From a virus, in the IMG/VR virus record IMGVR_UViG_3300033145_001595, positions 1-64,000 of that record: 64,000 bases of DNA; one strand, 5' to 3'. Position numbers and translations under genes: made by a program. Below, in pieces: positions 23,816 through 34,847 of the stretch (the first letter of the stretch is position 1; every line of letters begins with the position of its first letter). Under the pieces are notes generated by a model. That model had not been told where the DNA came from, made no database searches, and was given only the letters and a program-made list of their open reading frames with translations.

Positions 23816-25194
23816 CTCCTTTTAGTAGATTCAGACCATAACACCATCTGACCTATTTGTGGGTATGTACCAATATTACACCTAGCCCCTTGTGGACCAC
23901 TTCTATTTGCAACAACAACAATTGTAGATTCATTTTCTGCTTCTTGCTCATCTGTGCAACAAACAGCCAAAGCTATATCCACATTACCCGCTTTACGCCT
24001 ATCATTAGCAAAATCTTTTATTGTAACATTACTCTTTTTAACTGCTGCATCCGGCACCTGTGTGGCTGTTATTACAAGAATATTACGTTCATCTGCCAAT
24101 CGTTTATGATAAATATATGTTTCATTAAGTTGGTGCCGTAATTCTGTCCGAGAATTTATTGGCTTCTGAATATCTGCATAATCATTTATTAAAACATCTG
24201 GAACTATACCAAAACTTTCCAAATATTCAAGATACCTATCAACTTCTAACATATCTGCCATACCCATAGGATATTTTTTAATAACAAGCCTACCACCAAA
24301 TCTAGTCATAATTCCACGAGCTTTACTAACTGCATCCTTATCAAATGTTGAACCCGGACGTATATCTTCTAAGTCAAAAGTACCACTATCCTGATCGAAA
24401 ATCTTTACTGTTATTGACTCTGGCTCTTTAATACTAGCCAATGATCCTATTGCCATATCATAACGCTGTTCAACTTCCTCCAATGTCATTTCATGTGAAA
24501 TATGCACTACAGTCAATCCACGCATAAGAGCGGTCACGCCCAAATGCACACAAGCCCACGACTTTTTACCCTTGTATGACCCCATGATACACACAAACTG
24601 ACCACGCTTATACCCACCAAGGCTATCATCTATAGGGCTACCAAACCCCGTTTTCATTAAATATTCTTGCCTAGACCCACGCAACCTAAGAGGCAACTCA
24701 TTTTTTAGATAGTCCAATCCTATCTCAAATGTTGGAATACCCGATTTTAAAGCCTTTGCCATTAAGGCTTCTGCTTCCTGCACATCCCCCCTAGAAATAA
24801 GCTCTGCAAACTTAATAGCTGATTGTTCTAAGGTGCGCTTGCGCACAAATGTAGAAATCTTTCCTACCACATAATCAATGTCTGGACTTGGTAATTTTCG
24901 TATCTTCTGAATATAATTAATATAAGACTCATGTTCTTCTTTTTTTTGGGAAAGAATAAACTCAACAACTTCTGTATGAAAATTATTTCCAGGTGCCTTT
25001 CTATACTCTTTATAATAATCAATACAAACCCTAAATATATTTGCTGCTATTCGCGTCCCCAAAAGTTTAGGGGTCATAACCGGAGGTAGCACCAACTTGA
25101 GAAACTCATCACTCTCTATAGCTAAACGCAATATGCAATCCTGCAAATGCCCGCCTAGCCTTTCATCATAATCTTGCGCCATACACACCACCAA
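23806..25194 (-). CDS. DnaB-like replicative helicase
   Basis: GSYKGKKS, ISHEM, INDYAD, TATQ, NRSG. Confidence 0.85.
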   Translation of the reverse strand: MVVCMAQDYDERLGGHLQDCILRLAIESDEFLKLVLPPVMTPKLLGTRIAANIFRVCIDYYKEYRKAPGNNFHTEVVEFILSQKKEEHESYINYIQKIRKLPSPDIDYVVGKISTFVRKRTLEQSAIKFAELISRGDVQEAEALMAKALKSGIPTFEIGLDYLKNELPLRLRGSRQEYLMKTGFGSPIDDSLGGYKRGQFVCIMGSYKGKKSWACVHLGVTALMRGLTVVHISHEMTLEEVEQRYDMAIGSLASIKEPESITVKIFDQDSGTFDLEDIRPGSTFDKDAVSKARGIMTRFGGRLVIKKYPMGMADMLEVDRYLEYLESFGIVPDVLINDYADIQKPINSRTELRHQLNETYIYHKRLADERNILVITATQVPDAAVKKSNVTIKDFANDRRKAGNVDIALAVCCTDEQEAENESTIVVVANRSGPQGARCNIGTYPQIGQMVLWSESTKRSWE

Positions 25195-25223
25195 TTCTAA
25201 AGTAATGCAAAGTAATAGCTATT

Positions 25224-26252
25224 TCATCCAAGAACTGCTGGAATTTTCACTTCACTATTTCTTTCCCTTATCGCTATTTTCAACCTATCACCCCAAACAT
25301 TTTCCCATAACAAAGCACCAGAGCCAAAGTGCTTCTTTATGTCCTTTCTATTTGCATACGCACCACAAACATTATCTGCCGTATACATAATACAAGAAAT
25401 AAAAGTCTGCTTCGGTATAAACCCCTTTTCGCCCCCCGAAATAAGCAAATACGTTGCCTCTACCTTCCTAGCCACTTTTGAAAAAGTTATCCAATGCCGA
25501 TCATGGGTTGATCCTGGCGTATCGTACGCTGGATATTCTACATCCCCCAATGCAACCTTTGCATACGTATCTGCAACCATTTTTGTTGTTTCTGGAAACT
25601 CGTCAAAGGCGGGATCATAAGCATAATCACGCTGTGACGGAGTTTTCCCACCAGTTCCAATACCAGCAGACCAAGCCCAAGACGGCATTTTATTTCCTCT
25701 TGTTATAGCTGCAATAAAAGACTTCGCCCAACCGGACAAGTCTTTAAATTGCCTATCTACTTTATCAAGACTACATTCTATAAAATAGGCTTCCATAGAC
25801 TTTTCTATTTTTTCATCAGACAACTTATCAAATAATCCATCCAATGCTTCCTTGCATCCTTCCTTCATTTCCCAAATAGAATAACGCCTATTTGACGTAC
25901 CACGAGCCCCGTCATGAGAAGGCAACTCAGCAGACTTATTCCATCTTGCCACAATCCATTTATGCTTATCTGTTAACACCAAATCGTACCTATTTCCAAT
26001 CTTCCTACCACCACCGCGCCCCCGACGAGCTACAGCTTTCTCGGACTTAACCAAGTTCACAGATATTGCCCCAAGCCTACCAACCGGAACGGAGGTAATA
26101 AACTCAACGTCAGCCTTTCCAGACCACGAACCAGTTTCTACTATTTTTAACGCGCCCCTTGTTGGGATAGACACTTTTATTTTAGTATCCCCAATAGCCA
26201 TTAAAATAACTACAGGTTCACCCAAACTCTTTTGTTCAAATAGACTAGCCAT
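25224..26252 (-). CDS. hypothetical protein, possibly replication initiator or helicase loader
   Basis: first gene of the replication operon; start moved to 26252 (GAAAGG RBS, downstream of GTGTATAAT at 26307). Confidence 0.55.
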   Translation of the reverse strand: MASLFEQKSLGEPVVILMAIGDTKIKVSIPTRGALKIVETGSWSGKADVEFITSVPVGRLGAISVNLVKSEKAVARRGRGGGRKIGNRYDLVLTDKHKWIVARWNKSAELPSHDGARGTSNRRYSIWEMKEGCKEALDGLFDKLSDEKIEKSMEAYFIECSLDKVDRQFKDLSGWAKSFIAAITRGNKMPSWAWSAGIGTGGKTPSQRDYAYDPAFDEFPETTKMVADTYAKVALGDVEYPAYDTPGSTHDRHWITFSKVARKVEATYLLISGGEKGFIPKQTFISCIMYTADNVCGAYANRKDIKKHFGSGALLWENVWGDRLKIAIRERNSEVKIPAVLG

Positions 26253-26703
26253 ATTAATCCTTTCATTTTCCCATCGAATAACACACGGCGGTTCCGCTGC
26301 CATTCCATTATACACCCAACCCCTGCAAAGATGAGAACGCAAACCAAGGAATACCAAGTTTCCCTAAATTGTATAAAAACATACCAAATACTGACAAACG
26401 CCCTATCATATGTTAGGTTGCCATTATAAGGAGTATACGCGAGCGCGTTATTAGTAAGTACAATTAAATGAGTTTATAAACTTATAAGTACTGTATGATG
26501 TTTTTTCTAGTTTATCGAAGATAAATAATAGTTAGTTAATTGGTACGCGTACACACGGGTACAGTAATGGTACAAGGAAAAACCCCGACCGGAATTGTAG
26601 CATGTAGTACAACTATGCCAACCATACTATTTATTGCGCCATATAGTAATGTTTGTAAAAAATCAAAGAAAACTGTAGATTTCTATTAGATTTTGAGCGG
26701 CTG

Positions 26704-27381
26704 ATGCGTATAATAGTATGGCAGGCGGGAATGGGTTCCGCCAAAACAACTTATAGAAGAAAGGTGAAAACGATGTTTGATGTTGATAGTGGAGTAGAAG
26801 AGCTTGACGGAGTGGATGAGGATGTGAACGATTCGGCAGTTGACGAAATGATTGAAGAGTCTTTGACAGATGGGGAAGTTGAGGCCGAGGAAACTGAGGC
26901 CGATACTGCAAGCGAAGAGTGCCCGGCTTTTGGCACTGGTTATGCACCCGATGAAGTTTCTTGTAAGGAGTGCGAAACAGATTATCCTGAAGAGTTTGCA
27001 AAGTGCAAGGCTGCAACTGAGGCAAATGATAGTAATATTGCATCTGAACCTGAAGATGCCCCGGAACCGGAAGAAGTGGAAGTTGGGTCAGGTCCGGCAG
27101 TAGATGCACCAGATGATGCAGATGTACCGCTTACAGAGGAGACAGAGGAGGCACCTAAGCCGCCTAAGAAGGCTCCTAAGAAGTCCCGTATTATTTGTTT
27201 GTGCGAGATTTTGAAAGATAATGAGCCACATACGCTTGACGAGATTTGTAGTCGAACGTGTGAAATGTCACCTACGCTTGCGCCTAATGGCCATGCGGTC
27301 TGTTTCCTTACTTTCTTGAAGTTGCTCGTAACGCTCGGCACTGTTGAGCGAACAGGGGATGAATACCAAATGGTTGTGTAA
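26704..27381 (+). CDS. acidic protein with CPAFG...C..C motif and winged-helix-like C-terminus (likely start MFDVD)
   Basis: Asp/Glu-rich N-terminus; AAGGTG RBS before the internal Met. Confidence 0.65.
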   Translation: MRIIVWQAGMGSAKTTYRRKVKTMFDVDSGVEELDGVDEDVNDSAVDEMIEESLTDGEVEAEETEADTASEECPAFGTGYAPDEVSCKECETDYPEEFAKCKAATEANDSNIASEPEDAPEPEEVEVGSGPAVDAPDDADVPLTEETEEAPKPPKKAPKKSRIICLCEILKDNEPHTLDEICSRTCEMSPTLAPNGHAVCFLTFLKLLVTLGTVERTGDEYQMVV

Positions 27382-27390
27382 TCCCTTGTA

Positions 27391-27652
27391 AAGGTGGTGT
27401 GATAGACACACCACCTTGCAGTAGGGTGGTGTGATTTAGACAGGCACCATCACACCATCTTAGATGGGGGGAAGGGGTCTCATGCATTTTCAGTCCCTTC
27501 CCCCAAAGGTGAAAGTTCTTATTAGGTGTTTTTGTTTACATCCGGTGATAGTGGATAACTTTGTTAATATCCGCTGTTAATAGAAAGGCAGTGTTCAGCC
27601 AAGCCTAGGTGGCTCTTTTCATAGAAAAGAAAAACTGCCTTTCTATATTTTT
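27391..27652 (+). other. intergenic cluster of five hairpins, the last terminator-like
   Basis: stems at 27391-27417, 27423-27460, 27466-27504, 27551-27574 and 27580-27646. Confidence 0.55.
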
Positions 27653-27665
27653 AAGGTAACAAAGC

Positions 27666-27989
27666 ATGGATAAACAAATAAAAAAAACAAGAAAGTCTCA
27701 TGTAAGACCGGGGGCTTTGTGGAAAGATAAGTCAACTTGGAAAAAGCGTGATTTCCTTATTGACGTATTACTGCTTGGAACTGCTGAAACTAGACAAACT
27801 CTTATTAAAAAAATAGGATCAGTATTTGCGTATTCGTCCATTTTAGATAATTCTCGTGTTGTTGGTAGGTATGTACAATTCCTCATAAAGCTTGGTGTTC
27901 TTGAGTTAGTGGGGGAAAATCAGTTTCGTATAAAGCCTCATGTTTTAGAGGCTTTAAAAACAGAAAAGGGAGGTAGTAAAAATGCGTAA
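27666..27989 (+). CDS. basic winged-helix-like protein
   Basis: VQFLIKLGVLE resembles the C-terminus of 26704-27381. Confidence 0.55.
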   Translation: MDKQIKKTRKSHVRPGALWKDKSTWKKRDFLIDVLLLGTAETRQTLIKKIGSVFAYSSILDNSRVVGRYVQFLIKLGVLELVGENQFRIKPHVLEALKTEKGGSKNA

Positions 27990-28395
27990 TTATTTTAAGT
28001 ACGGATTTAAGTTAGCATTATTATTTTGTGCAGGGCTTTTCTTTTGCATGTCAGTTATTGTTTCTCGTAGTAGCTATTTAGAAAGTGTAGCACTACCAGA
28101 TTTGCATATCTTTTTTAGTGCTGTGTTCTTTGGGCTTGCCGTTTTAACTACTAGTGCTTTTATTATTATTAAAGCACTAGATGCTAGTGAGTTACCGGCG
28201 GCTGAACTTATTGTTATGAATTCTGAAATGATGGATTATAATGAGCTTCTTTCTGAATTTGCCGACGTACAAACAGCCACAATGGAAAGTATGGAAAGAA
28301 GCCAAAAAGAGTTTATCATGCTTATTGCAGATGAACTAGAATGTAGGCATTATGTCCTCGAAAAGGATGATGATGATTCCGAACAAGAAGTGTAA
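27982..28395 (+). CDS. membrane protein with two TM segments
   Basis: two hydrophobic segments; GGAGG RBS. Confidence 0.65.
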   Translation: MRNYFKYGFKLALLFCAGLFFCMSVIVSRSSYLESVALPDLHIFFSAVFFGLAVLTTSAFIIIKALDASELPAAELIVMNSEMMDYNELLSEFADVQTATMESMERSQKEFIMLIADELECRHYVLEKDDDDSEQEV

Positions 28396-28473
28396 ATAGT
28401 TTTAATGTTATAAGTACCATGTGTATAATACAGTAGCATTAACACCCTGGAACTATAGGAGAAGAATCATACA

Positions 28474-28995
28474 ATGTCTGACAAACTTAGTTACGCCAAC
28501 TATTCAACACAAATAATAGCTTCTCCTATAGGCCCTGGGTGTGAAATAGAAATATCTGATTTTGTAGCATTCGATGCAAACAAGGGTGCATTTATTCCAA
28601 TGAACACAACAACTGGACTATTCATGGCTGGTGTGGCTATGTCTAGTAATTCAATTCATAAATCTCTTGCAGGTAGTGGTGTTCCTAATAGTAACCAAGT
28701 ATATTTATCTTTAGAGGGACAGTACCTTTGCATTTTTAATCATCCACTTTCTTCGGAAATGTTACTTAAACGTGTATATGCCAGTAAGTTTTTACCGGAA
28801 CATGCAAGATTTGTATCAAACAAAACAAGAGGCGTTGAACTAGATATTCGTGGTGCTACTTCTGCATATGTTGGTAATCTTGTTGAGATTGTAAAACCCG
28901 AACCAAACAGTGGTCAAGAAAGATTACTCATAGAAAATAATTTTGATTTAGGTTTCGTTAGAATAAATGCAGCTATAGCTCAAGGAAGAAGGTAA
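28474..28995 (+). CDS. hypothetical protein
   Basis: AGGAG RBS after a class-2 promoter. Confidence 0.65.
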   Translation: MSDKLSYANYSTQIIASPIGPGCEIEISDFVAFDANKGAFIPMNTTTGLFMAGVAMSSNSIHKSLAGSGVPNSNQVYLSLEGQYLCIFNHPLSSEMLLKRVYASKFLPEHARFVSNKTRGVELDIRGATSAYVGNLVEIVKPEPNSGQERLLIENNFDLGFVRINAAIAQGRR

Positions 28996-28996
28996 A

Positions 28997-30154
28997 ATGG
29001 CACTATTAAATAGATTTAGTTTGGAAGTTCAACTAAAACAATTACTTCCAATAGTAAGTAAAAGTGAAGATTTTATAGCTTACATGTACGCCTATGTAAA
29101 ACCTGATGGCAATGTAGCAGTACAAAATGGTGAAACATTTTTATGTATGGTAATGCATATACCAGAATTTGTTGGACTGTGTGACGAAACATTTGGGGTG
29201 CCTTTAAAAGCTTTACATAGAACTATAGTAGGACAAAAGAAATACAAAGAAATTGATATTTCAGTAGACAAAGATTCACTCGCTTTTATAACTAAAACAC
29301 CAACACATTTTTCATCCTTGCCTATAACCATAAATGATAGTACTGTAAATATTAAACAAATTGAATACACACCAAAAAGTAATAGTTGGAAAAGTCCCCC
29401 ACTTACGCTTAGTTGGATGTTCAAGGTAGCCCTGAACACAGTTCTACCCGTATCCGACATTGCTCGTGGAGTAGAGTTCTGTTCTGTGTGTTGGGGACCG
29501 TCAGGCGTAATCAGCACGAACAGACAGTGCATAACGTGGTGTCCAGACAACTCAACATTTACAATTACACCAGACACAGAAATCTTAATTCCACAAGAAA
29601 TAGCAGCTAAAGTAGTAGCTATGGGCGACCCGGAACATTTTGCCATAGAGAATAATATGATTTACTTTTCTTATGGTAAATTAGGGCACATAGCCTCACC
29701 ATTATTGGTTGGCACATTTCCGGAAAGGTGGCGAGATTATTACTCGTTTGGTGAGAATGAAGATGATACTGCTGAAAATTGTATAATATTATCAAGGGGT
29801 ATAAAAGCTCAACTTAAACTTGTTGGAAAGTTTGCTGAAAAAACTGCACGGGATCAGGCTATGTTTGCTAGGTTAAAGGTAACAGAAGAAAAACCTAATA
29901 GCATGAGTGTTTCCTTTGTTGACAATATAAAAACAATACAAGAAATTGTTGTCATTGATAATCCATATAAATGCACATTTGATATAAAACTGAATGCATC
30001 ACAGTTGGCTAATTTCTTGTTAACTTGTGACCGAATGTATGTACATTCGACCGCTAATATAAGTAATGAACCAGTGAAACGTCACATAATACATTTGACA
30101 GTAGAGGATCAATCAGTAAAAATAATAATGGCTATTGAACCTTATGACGATTAA
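28997..30154 (+). CDS. DNA sliding clamp (DnaN beta-like), divergent
   Basis: 385 aa; STNRQCI, LLVGTFP.W and LNASQL resemble beta-clamp motifs; lies next to polymerase and clamp loader. Confidence 0.6.
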   Translation: MALLNRFSLEVQLKQLLPIVSKSEDFIAYMYAYVKPDGNVAVQNGETFLCMVMHIPEFVGLCDETFGVPLKALHRTIVGQKKYKEIDISVDKDSLAFITKTPTHFSSLPITINDSTVNIKQIEYTPKSNSWKSPPLTLSWMFKVALNTVLPVSDIARGVEFCSVCWGPSGVISTNRQCITWCPDNSTFTITPDTEILIPQEIAAKVVAMGDPEHFAIENNMIYFSYGKLGHIASPLLVGTFPERWRDYYSFGENEDDTAENCIILSRGIKAQLKLVGKFAEKTARDQAMFARLKVTEEKPNSMSVSFVDNIKTIQEIVVIDNPYKCTFDIKLNASQLANFLLTCDRMYVHSTANISNEPVKRHIIHLTVEDQSVKIIMAIEPYDD

Positions 30155-30164
30155 AGGAGTGTAA

Positions 30165-32633
30165 ATGTCAAATGCATTCTTTTTTGACGAAGAAGAAATT
30201 ATTCCGCGTAGGCTTAGACGATCTGGCCGTTCATGGGCAAAACGTTCTATGCATGAGGAAAATTGTAGTACATGCGCTAATCACACAAAATGCAAAACTC
30301 CCAAGATGCTACCACGAGGCAAGGGAAACTCTGGTGTAGCCATAGTCCTAAGTATGCCAACAAAGATTGATGATGCAGAAGGTAAACCACTAACAGGTGT
30401 CGCTGGATCAAGATTAAAATCAATCTTTCGTAAAATAGGAATGCGTAGCATAGACGAAGAATTCAAAGTTTTGTATGCTATTCCATGTTACTCCCCAAAT
30501 GATAACAAGAGCATTCTATCTAAAAAATGTGCTAACAAACTGACTAAGCATCTTAAGGAGATAGAACCAACACTAATAATAACTGTTGGGGAAACAGCCC
30601 TTAATTCTGTAATGGGTAGAAAAGTATCTGTATTCCGAACACGGGGCAAACTGCTTATCAGTAAGATATACAACTGTTTCGTTATGCCGGTAACACGATT
30701 AGAGTCATTGACTGAGGATACTGGTAAAATTGATCCTGATGATTCTTATCGTGTAATGTATTTAGATATAAAAAAAGCATTGCAAGCCAATTTATCTTCC
30801 AATTGTACAGTAGAGAGCAGAACAATAGATGAAATACGAGGTAATATTATTGTTGATGATGTACCGTTAGCAATAAAACTACTTGAAAAAATGTCTTACA
30901 GCACAGTGCCCGTGTGCTTCGATTATGAAACCAACCAACTGAGTCCATTTAAAGGTGAACCAAAAATAATACTTATGGGTCTATCTACTACACCCAAAGT
31001 TGGTTATAGTATTTATGTACCAAACCCAATCTCACAAAACCTGAAAGATGCAATACAAAGTTTTCTACTAAGTGATTGTTCCAAAATAGCACAAAATGCA
31101 ACATTTGAAACTATGTGGAGTAAAGTAATATTTGGTATTTATCCTAATAATATCAATACTGATACTATGTTACAGGAACACGTAGTAGATGAACGTCAAG
31201 GTACAAAAAGTTTAAATTCAATGGCATTTACATATTGTGGCTCTACTTACAAAGAAGAACATGGTCCAGCAACTTCCATTGAACAAACTGCAAGTGACGC
31301 GGCATACAATAGTCTTGATTGTAGGTATCCTATACTCATTGACAGACTACAAAAGGCCCAACTTGACCCCAACACCAACCGGGGAAGTCAACTGCTTGTA
31401 CAGGCCGTACCCGCCCTTGCAAGAATGACAGTTAAGGGTATTTGTGTATCTCCTAAACGTTTATTGAAATTAAAGAAAAAAGCCACAGAGTCTATAGAAG
31501 CATCAAAAAAGCTTATATTACAAAGTAATGCTGCAATAAGAACAGAGAACACACTAGGTAAAATGTTTGCATTTACAGACGAAGATATACGAACAATGTT
31601 TTATACTGTTTTTGGACTTAAACCAACAGTCCTTACAAATAAAACAAAACAACCAGCTATAGGTATAGAAGCTCTAGAAGAAGCTGCAAAAAATGCAGAT
31701 AATAAAGAAGCACAAAAAATAATTGGTATTATGAAAAGTCGTAGAGAATGGGAAAAAATACTATCTACTTACATAAATCCATTCTTGGCCATGAGAGATA
31801 GTAAAGATTTACTACATCCAGAGTTTTTGCTGCACACAACCAGAACGTTTAGGAGTAGTGGCAAAAATCCAAATATGCAAAATGTGCCTAATCACGGAAA
31901 ATTTGCAAAAGACATTAGACAATGCATAATTCCAAAGTTAGACGTATTTGCTGAATGCGATTATTCTGGCATGGAAGTGCGGATTATTGCTAGCGTGTCC
32001 GGTGATAGGAACTTACTTGACGATCTTTGGAATAATGTTGATCTTCATAGACTATGGGCATCCCGTATTTACGGTAAGCCGGAGTCTGAAATAACTAAAG
32101 ATCAAAGATACAATGGTAAAAATGCATTTGTATTTCCTATGTTCTACGGTTCATCTTGGCGTAGAATGACAGGACCACCTTTGTTTCTTAAAGAGGGTAG
32201 GGCACGAGAATTGATTAGAATGTTTTGGGATAGATATAGTAATGTGCGTAAATGGCAGGATAGCAAGAAAAAAGAATATACTAAAAAAGGCTACATTACA
32301 CTTGTTAGTGGATTCAAACGACATGGACCTATATCAATAACACAAATAGGTAATACTCCTGTTCAGGGACCAGCATTTCATGTGTTATTGGACGGAATAA
32401 TTAAAATTCATAAAGAAATGTTACGTAAATCTTATAATTCACATATGGTAGGAGAAACACATGATAGTATTTTATTTGATTGTGACTTAAATGAATTTAA
32501 TAATGTTATTAAAATGTCAACACAAATACTAAAGAAAACTCCTAGTTGGTTGCCAACTCCTGTACCGTTAGATGTTGAATGGTCCTTTGGTGTGGATTGG
32601 GGAAGCATGGAAGAGTTCAAGATAGGTAAGTAA
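30165..32633 (+). CDS. family A DNA polymerase with N-terminal UDG family-4-like domain
   Basis: CSTC...GKPLTGVAG..L (UDG-like); CFDYET exonuclease; DYSGMEVR, RYNGK...FPMFYG, THDS. Confidence 0.9.
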   Translation: MSNAFFFDEEEIIPRRLRRSGRSWAKRSMHEENCSTCANHTKCKTPKMLPRGKGNSGVAIVLSMPTKIDDAEGKPLTGVAGSRLKSIFRKIGMRSIDEEFKVLYAIPCYSPNDNKSILSKKCANKLTKHLKEIEPTLIITVGETALNSVMGRKVSVFRTRGKLLISKIYNCFVMPVTRLESLTEDTGKIDPDDSYRVMYLDIKKALQANLSSNCTVESRTIDEIRGNIIVDDVPLAIKLLEKMSYSTVPVCFDYETNQLSPFKGEPKIILMGLSTTPKVGYSIYVPNPISQNLKDAIQSFLLSDCSKIAQNATFETMWSKVIFGIYPNNINTDTMLQEHVVDERQGTKSLNSMAFTYCGSTYKEEHGPATSIEQTASDAAYNSLDCRYPILIDRLQKAQLDPNTNRGSQLLVQAVPALARMTVKGICVSPKRLLKLKKKATESIEASKKLILQSNAAIRTENTLGKMFAFTDEDIRTMFYTVFGLKPTVLTNKTKQPAIGIEALEEAAKNADNKEAQKIIGIMKSRREWEKILSTYINPFLAMRDSKDLLHPEFLLHTTRTFRSSGKNPNMQNVPNHGKFAKDIRQCIIPKLDVFAECDYSGMEVRIIASVSGDRNLLDDLWNNVDLHRLWASRIYGKPESEITKDQRYNGKNAFVFPMFYGSSWRRMTGPPLFLKEGRARELIRMFWDRYSNVRKWQDSKKKEYTKKGYITLVSGFKRHGPISITQIGNTPVQGPAFHVLLDGIIKIHKEMLRKSYNSHMVGETHDSILFDCDLNEFNNVIKMSTQILKKTPSWLPTPVPLDVEWSFGVDWGSMEEFKIGK

Positions 32634-32712
32634 CAAGTAGCACATTAGGCGCTTCATGTGTATAATAGGGTAGTAAGCAACTCCTTAAACACTATAAAAA
32701 GAAAGAGATACT

Positions 32713-33669
32713 ATGCTTTATCAAGAAGCTAGACCAGAATCGTTTGAGGAAGTAGCGGGAAATGATGGGATAAAAATACAATTACTGCGTGCGCTTGAAC
32801 AAACAAATCATCCACATGCATTTTTATTCTATGGTCCGACTGGTTGTGGCAAAACAACATTAGCAAGAATTGTAGCCTCTATTGTTAGCGGAAACAATCA
32901 ATCAGCAGTAATTGAAATTAATAGTGCGCAAGCAAGAGGCATAGACACCGTTAGACAAGTACAAAAAGAACAAAACTTTCTTCCACTTGGAGGTGGAAAT
33001 AGAATCGTTATTTTTGATGAAGCACATGGTCTTACTTCACAAGCACAAAATTGTTTATTGAAAATACTTGAGGACATTCCGGCACATCAGTATTATATTT
33101 TAACTAGCACAGTGCCAGAAAAGATAATTACAACTATACGCAATCGCTGTGCGCAATTTGGAGTAAGTAACCTTAAAGATGTGGATATGACCGAAGTTAT
33201 TACAATGGCTGCTGAAAAATGGAACAAACTTCAAGACAAAGACAATAACTTAACTGTTGATGTTATAAATTTCATTATCACAGCAGCAGCAGGATGTCCA
33301 CGCCGAGCAGTGATGTTAGTAGAACAAGTTATAACATTAAGCCCAAATGAAGCAGCAGATGCTATTCAACGAGTAACCCAAGAAACAACAGATGTAAAAA
33401 TACTATGTAAAGTATTGTTAACAATAAATCCATCACGAGAAAACCTATCAATAATAAAAAAGTTTGTAAAACTCTTATCACAAGTAGAGACAGAACCAGA
33501 AACAATACGTCGTCAAATTCTTGGTTATATGGAAGCTGTAATACGTAACAGTGATAGTATAGCTTTAGTAGAATCAGCTATGAATGCACACGATAAGTTT
33601 ATAGAAGCAGACACATTCAGAAACGGAAAATATGCCATAGCCGGGGCTGCAATGGCATTACGTAATTAG
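32713..33669 (+). CDS. clamp loader AAA+ subunit (DnaX-like)
   Basis: LYQEARP.SFEEV.G, GPTGCGKTT, FDEAH, TIRNRC. Confidence 0.9.
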   Translation: MLYQEARPESFEEVAGNDGIKIQLLRALEQTNHPHAFLFYGPTGCGKTTLARIVASIVSGNNQSAVIEINSAQARGIDTVRQVQKEQNFLPLGGGNRIVIFDEAHGLTSQAQNCLLKILEDIPAHQYYILTSTVPEKIITTIRNRCAQFGVSNLKDVDMTEVITMAAEKWNKLQDKDNNLTVDVINFIITAAAGCPRRAVMLVEQVITLSPNEAADAIQRVTQETTDVKILCKVLLTINPSRENLSIIKKFVKLLSQVETEPETIRRQILGYMEAVIRNSDSIALVESAMNAHDKFIEADTFRNGKYAIAGAAMALRN

Positions 33670-33707
33670 TAAATAAGCCCATACCCAACAATGGAAGGGG
33701 AGTAAGA

Positions 33708-34772
33708 ATGACTGAAGGTAGAATGGCGTCGATTAAAGGAGCAATTAGTAACAAGGAGCGAGGCTCTAAAGGTATTCCTGATTACATTGATGTTAAAATC
33801 TTGGATGCACATAACTTGGGCATTTACAAGGCTAAGGATGATGATAATTTCATATCAATCATTCCACCAAAAGACCCAAATGCATATTTTGGTATAGAAA
33901 TTTGGCCTCATTTTAACGTAGGTTTTAATAATAAAGCCTTTTTGTGTCCTCGTATGATGTCTGATGGAAAAGAACGATGCCCACTGTGTGAGGAAAATAG
34001 GCGCCTTCGGGAAAATGGTAATGAAGATGATAAAGAACTACTTAAAACCACTAATGCTTGGCCACCGCGTTGGTTGTTCTTTGTAATTGATACTGAATCG
34101 GAAGAAACAGAAAAGAAAGGTGTCATGCTATATGACGCCCCAATGACAGTTAACAATGAAATTCTTACTCTGTCCAGGGATCGTAGGTCCGGTGCTGTTA
34201 TTGACTTATCTGATCCGCAGGCAGGTAGAACACTTACATTCACAAAAACAGGTAAACAGGTTTCTACTCGTTATACGTCATTCAGAATTTTAGATGATGG
34301 CCAACCGTTCATACCGGATTGGATGGACATGGTAGTTCCTCTTGCGGATGTTATCTCAATAAAGTCTTATGAGGAAATTCTTGAAGCATTTGGTGGTGGT
34401 GTTACAAAAACAAATGTAACTAATAGGTCTGATGAATACGCTGATGGTGAGCAAGTTGAAACACGAGCACGAAGTAGGACTAGAGTTGTACCTGATGAAG
34501 TTGATGCAGAATATGATGATGGTCCTATTGTAGAAGCAACAGCTAGAGTATCGGCTATTGAAGATACTAATGATGATGTATCAACTAGAAGCAGAGGTAA
34601 TCGAAGTCGAGATAGAGCACGACCTTCTAGGGAACGTTCTGTTCTTACAGAACCCACTGAAGATCAAACAATAGGTGACGATGAAATCCCTTTTGAAGGT
34701 ACTGCTGTAGACGATAGTTTGGAAGAGGCCCGTAGTAGACTTAAAGAACAACTTGCTGAAAAAGAAGGATAA
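33708..34772 (+). CDS. single-stranded DNA-binding protein (gp32-like)
   Basis: H...C...CPLC Zn site; DLSDP..G...K.G...T.Y; acidic tail. Confidence 0.7.
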   Translation: MTEGRMASIKGAISNKERGSKGIPDYIDVKILDAHNLGIYKAKDDDNFISIIPPKDPNAYFGIEIWPHFNVGFNNKAFLCPRMMSDGKERCPLCEENRRLRENGNEDDKELLKTTNAWPPRWLFFVIDTESEETEKKGVMLYDAPMTVNNEILTLSRDRRSGAVIDLSDPQAGRTLTFTKTGKQVSTRYTSFRILDDGQPFIPDWMDMVVPLADVISIKSYEEILEAFGGGVTKTNVTNRSDEYADGEQVETRARSRTRVVPDEVDAEYDDGPIVEATARVSAIEDTNDDVSTRSRGNRSRDRARPSRERSVLTEPTEDQTIGDDEIPFEGTAVDDSLEEARSRLKEQLAEKEG

Positions 34773-34847
34773 TTCACTACTATCTGTGGTGGTACGGTAT
34801 AGAGCCCTGCCACCAAAGCTTGAAAAAAATGAAAGGGCAAGTAAATA

